64,000 nt of DNA. Source: Nautiliales bacterium (lineage in GTDB: Bacteria > Campylobacterota > Campylobacteria > Campylobacterales > JAADDX01). The DNA is taken from NCBI GenBank assembly GCA_030826765.1, contig JAUUDM010000028.1, positions 2,162-66,161 on the forward strand, given 5' to 3'. The position numbers and the translations under genes were made by a program. Below are positions 43,114-51,796 of the stretch, piece by piece; positions within the stretch are counted from its first letter, which is position 1; every line of letters begins with the position of its first letter. The notes under the pieces were generated by a model that did not search any database, was not told where the DNA came from, and saw nothing but the letters and a program-made list of their open reading frames with translations.

Positions 43114-44504
43114 AGTCCTATCTCTTCTTCAAAATCAACAATATGAGTTTTTATATCAAACTCTTCTATAATTTTTTGTTTGAAAATAATTTGTTTATCT
43201 TCTTCTCCATGCACTAAAAACAGAGCTTTTAAATGTTTACTCATAGGTTTTATCCATTCTAAAAGTTCACTTTGGTCAGCGTGTGCAGAAAAGCCATTAA
43301 TTGTAACTATCTCAGATTGTACTAAAATTTGTTCTCCATAAATATCAATCCATTTCTCACCTTCGACAATCTCTCTTCCTAAAGTTCCAACAGCTTGATA
43401 ACCAACAAATAAAACTGTATTATTTTTATCCCAAATTCTATTTTTTAGATGATGTAAAACTCTTCCACCATTACACATTCCACTCCCTGCTATTATAATA
43501 GCACCACTTTTAATGTTATTGATTTTTTTAGATTGGTCAACTTTTGTAGTAAATCTAAGCTCAGGAAATTCAAAAATAGTTCCAGTATTTTTTAGAAATT
43601 GATTACATTTTTTTGATAAATGTTTATGATATTTGACATAAACATTTGTAGTTTTTATAGCCATTGGAGAATCTAAAAATACTTTTGCATTTTTTGGAAG
43701 TATATTCTCTTCACTCATCTCTTTTAAAGCATACAAAATTTCTTGTGTTCTTTCAATTGCAAAAGAAGGTATTATCACATTACCGCCTCTTTTTAATGTT
43801 TTTATTATAGTTTCTCTAAATTCTTTGATTGAATATTCAAAACTTTTATGATTTCTATCTCCATAAGTTGATTCACAAAATAGATAATCTGCTTTTTTAA
43901 TAGTTTTTGGTGCTGGTAAAATATCGTTATTTTTATTTCCCAAATCTCCACTAAAAACTACAATTTTTTTACTCTCTTTATCTTTTATAGTTAATTTTAT
44001 TATACTTGAGCCTAAAATATGACCTGCATCTTTAAAAACAACACTTATATTTTTTGCTAGTTTTACTTTTTGTTCGTATTTAACAAATCTGACATCTAAT
44101 TCAGAAAAAACTTTTCTAACATCTTTTGCAGTATAAAGTGGTTTTTCAGCAGTTTTTCCTTGTCTTAGTGCTTTTTTATTTCTTGTAATGTAATTTTCTT
44201 CCATCAAATTAGCAGCATCTGTTAAAACGATTTTAGCCAAATCCCAAGTTGCTTTAGTTGTAATAATTTCCCCTCTAAATCCTGCTTTAAATAGAAGTGG
44301 AATTCTTCCTACATGATCTAAATGCCCATGAGTTAACAAAAGATATTTAACTGCATTTGCATCAAAATCTAATGGCTCAAAATTTCTATGTTCTTCTTTT
44401 CCTTGAAACATACCACAATCTACTAAAAAATTAAGTTCTTTTGTCATAACTAAATGACAACTTCCTGTAACTACTTTTGTAGCACCAAATGATATTTCTT
44501 TCAT
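43110..44504 (-). CDS. MBL-fold hydrolase with beta-CASP domain (RNA-processing nuclease family)
   Basis: It has the THGHLDHVG metallo-beta-lactamase motif, ESTYG, and a late HGE/H motif. I chose the start at 44504 (GGGGA RBS) rather than the longer ORF. Confidence 0.75.
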   Translation of the reverse strand: MKEISFGATKVVTGSCHLVMTKELNFLVDCGMFQGKEEHRNFEPLDFDANAVKYLLLTHGHLDHVGRIPLLFKAGFRGEIITTKATWDLAKIVLTDAANLMEENYITRNKKALRQGKTAEKPLYTAKDVRKVFSELDVRFVKYEQKVKLAKNISVVFKDAGHILGSSIIKLTIKDKESKKIVVFSGDLGNKNNDILPAPKTIKKADYLFCESTYGDRNHKSFEYSIKEFRETIIKTLKRGGNVIIPSFAIERTQEILYALKEMSEENILPKNAKVFLDSPMAIKTTNVYVKYHKHLSKKCNQFLKNTGTIFEFPELRFTTKVDQSKKINNIKSGAIIIAGSGMCNGGRVLHHLKNRIWDKNNTVLFVGYQAVGTLGREIVEGEKWIDIYGEQILVQSEIVTINGFSAHADQSELLEWIKPMSKHLKALFLVHGEEDKQIIFKQKIIEEFDIKTHIVDFEEEIGL

Positions 44505-44558
44505 TATTTCCCCTTGATTTAATATGATATAATTATACAACAAATTAAAAGGGATAGT

Positions 44559-45221
44559 ATGAAAGATTTTCAAAAAGAATTTTTAGATAATCGTAACATA
44601 GAAAAAGATATGTGGAGAATATTTAAAATAATTGGTGATTTCACAGATGCATTTGATGAATTAAGTGATTTACCTCCTGCTATTACTATTTTTGGAAGTG
44701 CAAGAATAAAAGAAGATAATAAATATTACAAAAAAGCCTTAAAAATTAGTCAAAAATTATCTCAAAAAGGATATGCTATTATTACAGGTGGTGGACCTGG
44801 AATTATGGAAGCTGGAAACAGAGGTGCTAATATTTCAGTAGGACTTAATATCAAACTTCCACACGAACAAAAACCAAATCCATACTCAAAAATAAAACTT
44901 GAATTTAATTACTTTTTTACAAGAAAAGTGACATTTTTAAAATATTCTGTAGGGACAATTATGATGCCAGGAGGATTTGGGACACTTGATGAATTAAGTG
45001 AAGTTTTAACTTTAATTCAAACAAAAAAAATGTCAAAAATTCCAGTAGCATTTTATGGAAAAGAATTTTATGAACCACTTTTAAAATTTTATAAAAATAT
45101 GTTAAAAGAAAATATGATAGATAAATCTGATTTAGATTTATTTATTGTAAGTGATGATATAGATGAAATTGTAGAATATATCTATAATAATTCTATACAA
45201 CCTACAAAAAATATAGAATAA
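44559..45221 (+). CDS. LOG-family / TIGR00730 Rossmann-fold nucleotide-binding protein
   Basis: It has GGGPGIMEA and the PGGFGTLDEL signature. Confidence 0.8.
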   Translation: MKDFQKEFLDNRNIEKDMWRIFKIIGDFTDAFDELSDLPPAITIFGSARIKEDNKYYKKALKISQKLSQKGYAIITGGGPGIMEAGNRGANISVGLNIKLPHEQKPNPYSKIKLEFNYFFTRKVTFLKYSVGTIMMPGGFGTLDELSEVLTLIQTKKMSKIPVAFYGKEFYEPLLKFYKNMLKENMIDKSDLDLFIVSDDIDEIVEYIYNNSIQPTKNIE

Positions 45222-45226
45222 TTTGA

Positions 45227-45232
45227 TATAAT
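45227..45232 (+). promoter_or_regulatory. candidate -10 box for rnpB
   Basis: TATAAT lies 8 nt upstream of the predicted first base of the RNase P RNA P1 stem. Confidence 0.35.
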
Positions 45233-45240
45233 TACACTAT

Positions 45241-45557
45241 TCATAGCATACTGGGAAATTGCTTGAAAAAGAGGAAAGTCCGAGCTGCACTAAGACAGGA
45301 TTCCATCTAACAGATGGCCACCGTAAGGTGAGGGAAAGTGCCACAGAAAATAGACCGCCAATTTTGGTAAGGGTGAAAAGGCGAGGTAAGAGCTCACCAG
45401 AACTTATAGCAATATAAGTTGCTTGGTAAACCCAATCCGCAGCAAGAAGAGATGGTAAAGTCTTAGAATTATACTCTTCGCTTGAATGTTATCGTGAGAT
45501 AGCATCTAGATAAATAATTTCCTAAAACAAAACTCGGCTTACGGGTATGCTATGAAT
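45241..45557 (+). ncRNA. rnpB: RNase P RNA, bacterial type A
   Basis: It has the universally conserved GAGGAAAGTCCGAGC (P4 5' strand), AGGGTGAAAAGGCGAGGTAAGAGCTCACCAG, ACAGAAAATAGACCGCC and ACAAAACTCGGCTTAC (P4 3' strand). The P1 stem TCATAGCATAC/GTATGCTATGA closes the molecule. The ends are good to about 5 nt. Confidence 0.88.
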
Positions 45558-45577
45558 CACTACACAAAAGGAATCTC

Positions 45578-46636
45578 ATGGGAATCGTTACTGCAATTTT
45601 AATTTTATCATTTTTAATATTTTTTCACGAACTGGGTCATTTTTTGGTTGCAAGAGCAGTTGGTGTAAAAGTAGAAGTTTTTAGTGTTGGATTTGGCAAA
45701 AAATTACTTTGTAAAAAGTTTGGAGATACTTCTTGGTGTCTTAGTGCAATTCCACTTGGTGGATATGTTCAAATGAAAGGGCAAGATGATACTAATCCCA
45801 CCCTAAAAAACTACGATAAAGATAGTTATATGTCCAAAACTCCACTTCAAAAAATAGCAATACTTCTTGGTGGACCTGGATTTAATATACTTTTTGCATT
45901 TTTAATATATCTTTTTGTCTCTTTTTATGGATGGACTAAATTAGCACCCGAGGTTGGGCAAATTTTACCAAAATCTCCTGCAATAAACATTTTACATAAA
46001 AACGATATAATCGTAAAAATAGATAATTATAAAATAACAACTTGGGATGATATCAAAAAAGCTGTTGATAAATCCCCTATTCCATTTCATTTAGTTGTAA
46101 AAAGAGAGCATAAATTACTTCAATTTAATATCACTCCTAAAATAATGCAAACAAAAAATATTTTCGGAGAAAGTATCAAAAGAAAATTAATAGGAATATC
46201 CCCAAGTGGAAAGCTAATAACTATTCATTACCATAATCCTCTTACTGCTTTAAAAGTAGCATTTGATGAAACAATATCTAAAAGTATTTTAATTTTTAAA
46301 AGCTTTGAGAAATTAATTACTGGAGCAATTGGACTAAACAATATAAGTGGACCTGTAACTATCGTAAAAGTTACAAGTGATGCCACTCATTATGGAATAG
46401 TTCCACTTTTACTATTAACTGCACTAATTTCAGTAAATTTAGGTATCTTAAATTTACTGCCTATTCCAGCTCTTGATGGAGGTCATATTATGTTTAATTT
46501 ATACGAACTTATTGCAAGAAAACCTATAAATGAATCAATTATGATTAAACTAACTCTTGCAGGATGGGGAATTTTAGGAAGTTTAATGTTTTTAGGAATT
46601 TTTAATGATATTGTAAGGCTAACAAGTGGAAGTTAA
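45578..46636 (+). CDS. rseP: RIP (site-2) zinc metalloprotease RseP
   Basis: It has HELGHF in TM1, a PDZ-like middle region and NLLPIPALDGGH near the C-terminus. Confidence 0.85.
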   Translation: MGIVTAILILSFLIFFHELGHFLVARAVGVKVEVFSVGFGKKLLCKKFGDTSWCLSAIPLGGYVQMKGQDDTNPTLKNYDKDSYMSKTPLQKIAILLGGPGFNILFAFLIYLFVSFYGWTKLAPEVGQILPKSPAINILHKNDIIVKIDNYKITTWDDIKKAVDKSPIPFHLVVKREHKLLQFNITPKIMQTKNIFGESIKRKLIGISPSGKLITIHYHNPLTALKVAFDETISKSILIFKSFEKLITGAIGLNNISGPVTIVKVTSDATHYGIVPLLLLTALISVNLGILNLLPIPALDGGHIMFNLYELIARKPINESIMIKLTLAGWGILGSLMFLGIFNDIVRLTSGS

Positions 46637-47873
46637 TGAGTTAATAGAAAAACTAAAATATAATAATATTTTTTTAACTGGTGGTGCAGGAGTTGGAAAA
46701 AGTTATCTAACCAAAAAACTTATAAAAGAATATTTTGGTAATTTAGTGGTAATCGCTCCAACTGGAATTGCAGCTGTAAATATAGGCGGTCAAACAATTC
46801 ATAGTTTTTTTGAATTTTCAAGAAATTTATCAAAACTAAATAGTTTAAGTTACCCTAAAAAAAAGCTACTTCAAAAAACAGATTTAATAATTATAGATGA
46901 AATATCAATGGTATCAAAAAGACTTTTTGATGCAATAAATAATAGATTAAATGAAATTGAATACAAAGGAAAACTATTAATTGTAGGAGATTTTTATCAA
47001 CTTCCTCCGGTAAATGTAGAAGTTGAAGGCTGGGCATTTGAGAGTAAATGGTGGAAATATTGGGATTTTGAAACAATAGAACTAACTAAAATTAAAAGAA
47101 CTAAACACGAAAAGTTTAATCAAATTTTATTAAATATCCGAATTGATGATTTTGATGAAAAAGATGTAGAATTTATTTATAATATGAAAAACAATAAACA
47201 TTTAATCAAAAAAAATCTCACATTTTTATACTCAACAAATAAAAAAGTTGATAAAAAAAATTCTGAAAAATTAGCAGAACTTGACGAGCCGTTAGTTACT
47301 TTCAAAGCTTATGATGAATTGTTTCATAAAGATAAAGAAAAGCAATTTGAAAACTTCAAAAAATCCCTAAATATTCCTGAAAAATTTGAAATTAAAAAGG
47401 GTGCAGTAGTAATCAATACAGTTAATCAAAAATTTGATGATGAGGTTTTATATAACGGAGAAAAGGGAGTCGTACTTGATATTGATAAAAAAAATGAAAT
47501 TATAAAAGTAGCTTTTGATAAAGGTGTTTTTGAAATTGAAAGATACTCATTTGACTTAATAGAGTATGATTATGACGGTACAGAAGATAAAGTAATTCAA
47601 AATATAATAGGAAGCTTTTATCAATTTCCTCTAAAACTTGCTTATGCAATAACGATTCATAAATCACAAGGGCTTTCTATTGATGATTTAGCTATAGATT
47701 TGAGTTATATTTTTGCACCTTCTCAAGCTTATGTAGCTTTATCTCGAGCAGTAAATCCAGATAATATTGTAATAAATCCACCAAAATATAAACCACTTAA
47801 ATCAGTATTTTATATTGATGAAAAAGTAAAAGAGTTTTATAAAGAAAATTCTAAACATAAGAAGCTTTTTTAA
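46626..47873 (+). CDS. Pif1/RecD-like SF1B DNA helicase
   Basis: It has Walker A GGAGVGKS, Walker B IIDEISMV, VGDFYQLPPV and a C-terminal TIHKSQGLS...ALSRA. A GTG start overlaps rseP by 11 nt. Confidence 0.7.
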   Translation: MEVNELIEKLKYNNIFLTGGAGVGKSYLTKKLIKEYFGNLVVIAPTGIAAVNIGGQTIHSFFEFSRNLSKLNSLSYPKKKLLQKTDLIIIDEISMVSKRLFDAINNRLNEIEYKGKLLIVGDFYQLPPVNVEVEGWAFESKWWKYWDFETIELTKIKRTKHEKFNQILLNIRIDDFDEKDVEFIYNMKNNKHLIKKNLTFLYSTNKKVDKKNSEKLAELDEPLVTFKAYDELFHKDKEKQFENFKKSLNIPEKFEIKKGAVVINTVNQKFDDEVLYNGEKGVVLDIDKKNEIIKVAFDKGVFEIERYSFDLIEYDYDGTEDKVIQNIIGSFYQFPLKLAYAITIHKSQGLSIDDLAIDLSYIFAPSQAYVALSRAVNPDNIVINPPKYKPLKSVFYIDEKVKEFYKENSKHKKLF

Positions 47874-47926
47874 AAATTATATGATATAATATATTCATAT
47901 TTTAGCTATGTTTAAAGGTATTAAAA

Positions 47927-49759
47927 ATGGATATAAAAAAAACTGATTTAATATATTATTATGAGATATTAAATTCGAATGAAACTAAAAGACTACTTCA
48001 AAATTATTTAAAAACAAAAAAGATAGAAGAATTGAAAAATTTTAGTAAAATTTTTATAGAAAATAATATTCCTTATTTAGAAGTTTCATTTTTTATAGAA
48101 GATTTCTTTAAAGAAAAAAATATTAAATTTGATAGAATTTTAAATTACATCGCTAAAGAATTTTTAGAAATAAAACTAAAAGAGGATAAAAAATTTTTCA
48201 ATATAGAATTACAAAAAGCTTTTATATATATAATCGATGAAAGAAAAAATATAATAAATGCTCATTTGCAATGGGCTCTTGATTTTATAAATGCAATAAT
48301 TAATAATACAAAATTACCAGAAATGGATGAAGCAAAATGTATTATTGGAAATTGGATAGATGAACAAAATTATAAAAATAATTTCGAATCAATTAAAAAA
48401 ATACATCATAGTATCCATATATTAGCAAAAGATGCATATCAGTTTTATACACAAAAACAATTTCACAGATTTTTTCTTCTTTATATTGATATAATTCATT
48501 TTAACTCTCTATTTCGTCAAAAAATATTACAACATTTTACTCAAAATGAGTTAGTTTCTTTAACAATTGACCCTCTAACAAAACTTCAAAATAGATTTGC
48601 CCTACTTCAACACCTAAAATCACTTGATGATAATACAACTCTATTTTTATTTAATATAAAAGATTTTTCTAAAATAAATTTACTATTTGGACAAGAAATT
48701 GGAGATAAAGTTCTTGAAAATATAGCAGATTCTCTTAACAAAATTTCAGATATAAAAAGCTATCGAATATATGGAGATGAATTTGGAATAATATTAAATA
48801 CAAAAGATAGTTATAAAAAAATAAATAAAATTATTAATATGTTAGAAAACATAACATATCCTAAAGAAGAAAAACTAATTAATATCTCTATTTATGGAGC
48901 TTATGCTAAAGTTTCACATCATTTACTTGAAAAAGTGGAATTTGGAATAATTAGTGCAAGAAAAAAGAAAGAAAAAATTATTAATGTTGATTCAATAAAT
49001 AAAGAAGCAATCAAAAGTTATGCAAAAAATTTAGAATTATCACAAAGATTAAAACTTGCCTTTGCAGATAATAGACTTTATCTACATTATCAACCTATTT
49101 ATAATATTAAAACCTCAAAAATTGAAAAATATGAATGCTTGCTTCGTTTTGAAGATGTAGATGGAAATATTTTAAATCCCGGAAGTTTTTTAGATGTTTT
49201 AAAAAATATGTATATTTATCCAGAAGTAACAAAAATGATTATAATTAGTGCTTTTGAAAAATTTGAAAATGAACCATATGAATTTAGTATAAACCTTTCT
49301 TTTAGTGATATAGTAAATGAAAAAACTACACAAACAATAGTAAATATTCTTAATAAATATCCAAAAGTTGCTAAAAGAGCAGTTTTTGAATTATTAGAAT
49401 ATGATGCTATTCTTAATTTTGATAAAGTTAAAGAGTTTTTTTTCATTTTAAAACAATATGGAGCAAAAATTTCATTAGATGATTTTGGCAGTGGATATTC
49501 AAATTTTGCTTATATACTTAGATTAGATATTGATTATATTAAATTAGATGGCTCTATTGTTCAAAATATTCTTTTAGATAATAAAGTAAGAGTTTTAGTC
49601 TCTGCAATGATTCATATAGCAGAAGAAATTGGTGCAAAAACAATTGCTGAATTTGTTTCAACAGAACAAATTTTTGAAGCTGTAAAAGTATTAGGTGTTG
49701 ATTATGCACAAGGATATTATATAGGAAAGCCTAAATCACATTTGATATCCGAAAAATAA
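47927..49759 (+). CDS. c-di-GMP phosphodiesterase with N-terminal CZB-like zinc-binding sensor, degenerate GGDEF domain and EAL domain
   Basis: The CZB-like pattern is H113-xx-W, C138-IIG-x-W, H160-xxx-H164. The GGDEF site reads YGDEF. The EAL domain has YECLLR, SINLS, FELLE, SLDDFGSGYSN, IKLDG and QGYY. Confidence 0.8.
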   Translation: MDIKKTDLIYYYEILNSNETKRLLQNYLKTKKIEELKNFSKIFIENNIPYLEVSFFIEDFFKEKNIKFDRILNYIAKEFLEIKLKEDKKFFNIELQKAFIYIIDERKNIINAHLQWALDFINAIINNTKLPEMDEAKCIIGNWIDEQNYKNNFESIKKIHHSIHILAKDAYQFYTQKQFHRFFLLYIDIIHFNSLFRQKILQHFTQNELVSLTIDPLTKLQNRFALLQHLKSLDDNTTLFLFNIKDFSKINLLFGQEIGDKVLENIADSLNKISDIKSYRIYGDEFGIILNTKDSYKKINKIINMLENITYPKEEKLINISIYGAYAKVSHHLLEKVEFGIISARKKKEKIINVDSINKEAIKSYAKNLELSQRLKLAFADNRLYLHYQPIYNIKTSKIEKYECLLRFEDVDGNILNPGSFLDVLKNMYIYPEVTKMIIISAFEKFENEPYEFSINLSFSDIVNEKTTQTIVNILNKYPKVAKRAVFELLEYDAILNFDKVKEFFFILKQYGAKISLDDFGSGYSNFAYILRLDIDYIKLDGSIVQNILLDNKVRVLVSAMIHIAEEIGAKTIAEFVSTEQIFEAVKVLGVDYAQGYYIGKPKSHLISEK

Positions 49760-49761
49760 GA

Positions 49762-51600
49762 TTAGAAAGAAGTTACTCTATTTCTTCCATTTTCTTTTGA
49801 TTTATAAAGCGCATTATCAACTCTTTTTATAAAAGTTTCAATAGTATCATCCTCTTTTAACTCTGTTACTCCTATACTAATTGTTATTTGTTTAACTGGA
49901 TGTATTTCTAATTTTTCAATACTTTTTCTAATTCTTTGGGCTAAAATAATAGCTTTATCAAGTGAAGTTTCCGGCATAATAACCATAAATTCTTCTCCAC
50001 CGTATCTACAAAATAAATCTATATTTCTCAATAAACTTTTAACCTCTTTTGATATTTCTTTAAGCACAATATCACCTACATCATGCCCATAAGTATCATT
50101 TACCTTTTTGAAAAAATCTAAATCAAACATTAATAAAGACAAAGGTGTTTTATATCTTTTTGCTCTTTTTATTTCTTTTTTAATATTTTGATTAAAAAAT
50201 TCTCTATTTCCAATATTTGTTAAAGCATCTGTTATAGAAAGTTTTTCTAATTTTTTTTGATAAACCTCCGTTTGTGTTATGTCAGATAACACCACAGTGC
50301 AAAGTTTATTATTTTCATTATTAAGTTTTGAAACTCTTACTGAAAAATAATATATTTTATCATTAAGTAAAATTTTTACCTTATGCTCAATATTTGGATT
50401 ATTAAATACATATTTTATCCAATGTTTATTATTAATTTTCTTACTTAAATACCCATTTTCTTCTACAAATAAATCACAAATACAATTATAATTTTTACGA
50501 AACTCATCTAAATTTTCAACCTTAAAAAATTTAAAAAATGCTTTGTTTGCATCAATAACTCTCTTTAAATTTGTAACAACTATAATATCTCTTGTAGAAT
50601 CTAATATACTTTCAAAATATTTTTTTTGATTTTCTATATTTAATTTATTTTTATAAATTATTATAAAAATTATAATTAAAATAATCAAACTTCCAAAAAA
50701 AGAAATAGCATATATAAAATTATTAATTGTTTCATTACTTATAAATTTTTTTTGTTTAAATAAAATATAATACCCTAAAATTTTACCATCAATATCTTTT
50801 ATTAAATATGTAGTAGTTAAATAGTTTTTATATATTTTATAATTTTTATCATTTACAAAATAATTTACACCTTTTTCTTTTATTAATTTTAATATATCTT
50901 TATTAGGATTAAAATTTACAACATAATAATCATCAATAAAAGTATGTGTAATATTGTTAGTTAATTGAGATTTATATTTTTTATCTGCTAAAACTATTGT
51001 TTCAATTCCCTCTTTTTTTAATTTTTTTATAATAGAATTAAAATGTGTAATAACCTCGATCATACCTAAAAACTTATGCTTATCATTAAAAATTGGAACT
51101 ATTGATTTGAAACTTAAAGTAAATTTACCTACACTTATTCTACTCATAATTTTAGGAGATTTAATCATGTCTCTTACATCTTTTCTTAATTTGTAAAGAG
51201 AATCATTGGTTTTATTAGTCCAACTTCTGGCTAAAGAAACTCCATCTTTATCTATTACTTGAATCCATACATTTTTGTATTCTGTATATTTTCTAAAAGA
51301 AAATGAAAGTTTTTTTAGAGTTTTTTGCAAGTTTACATTTATTTTATGTTCTAAATATTTTTGAAATAGAGTATTATAAGATAATGCAATAGGAATAGCC
51401 ATTGTATCTGTCATTTTAATTTTTTGCAACTTTTGTACTTCTTTTTTTATAGATATTGCTTCTTTTTGAAATTCATTTTGTTTTATTTCTTCTATTTTAT
51501 TATTTATATATTTCATTGTAAATAGTATAATTAAAATTCCAGCTATAAATAAAAGAATAATATATTTTTGATTATTAATTTTAAAATTTCTATTTAACAT
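49762..51600 (-). CDS. sensor diguanylate cyclase (TM - Cache-like periplasmic domain - TM - PAS - GGDEF)
   Basis: It has two TM helices flanking ~270 aa, a PAS-like segment and then GGDEF with an intact RYGGEEF active site. The I-site RNID sits five residues upstream of it. Confidence 0.8.
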   Translation of the reverse strand: MLNRNFKINNQKYIILLFIAGILIILFTMKYINNKIEEIKQNEFQKEAISIKKEVQKLQKIKMTDTMAIPIALSYNTLFQKYLEHKINVNLQKTLKKLSFSFRKYTEYKNVWIQVIDKDGVSLARSWTNKTNDSLYKLRKDVRDMIKSPKIMSRISVGKFTLSFKSIVPIFNDKHKFLGMIEVITHFNSIIKKLKKEGIETIVLADKKYKSQLTNNITHTFIDDYYVVNFNPNKDILKLIKEKGVNYFVNDKNYKIYKNYLTTTYLIKDIDGKILGYYILFKQKKFISNETINNFIYAISFFGSLIILIIIFIIIYKNKLNIENQKKYFESILDSTRDIIVVTNLKRVIDANKAFFKFFKVENLDEFRKNYNCICDLFVEENGYLSKKINNKHWIKYVFNNPNIEHKVKILLNDKIYYFSVRVSKLNNENNKLCTVVLSDITQTEVYQKKLEKLSITDALTNIGNREFFNQNIKKEIKRAKRYKTPLSLLMFDLDFFKKVNDTYGHDVGDIVLKEISKEVKSLLRNIDLFCRYGGEEFMVIMPETSLDKAIILAQRIRKSIEKLEIHPVKQITISIGVTELKEDDTIETFIKRVDNALYKSKENGRNRVTSF

Positions 51601-51621
51601 ATATTTATCCCTTTTTTATAA

Positions 51622-51765
51622 TTATAGCGAATTTTTAAGGAAAATTTTTAAACTTCTTTTTTCTTTATATTCCATTTTATAGTAAATCAAATCCAAATAT
51701 TCTTTTACTTCTTTTGTAGTTAAACCTAATTTTTTAGCTTTTTGTTTAAGAATATATTGAGGCAT
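51622..51765 (-). CDS. possible 47-aa basic ORF downstream of the eptA remnant
   Basis: ATG at 51765 and TAA at 51622-51624. It translates to MPQYILKQKAKKLGLTTKEVKEYLDLIYYKMEYKEKRSLKIFLKNSL. It is not in the supplied track because it is under 60 aa, and there is no clear RBS. Confidence 0.2.
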   Translation of the reverse strand: MPQYILKQKAKKLGLTTKEVKEYLDLIYYKMEYKEKRSLKIFLKNSL

Positions 51766-51796
51766 TTTTACTTTTGTTTTTAAAAATTTATTTATT

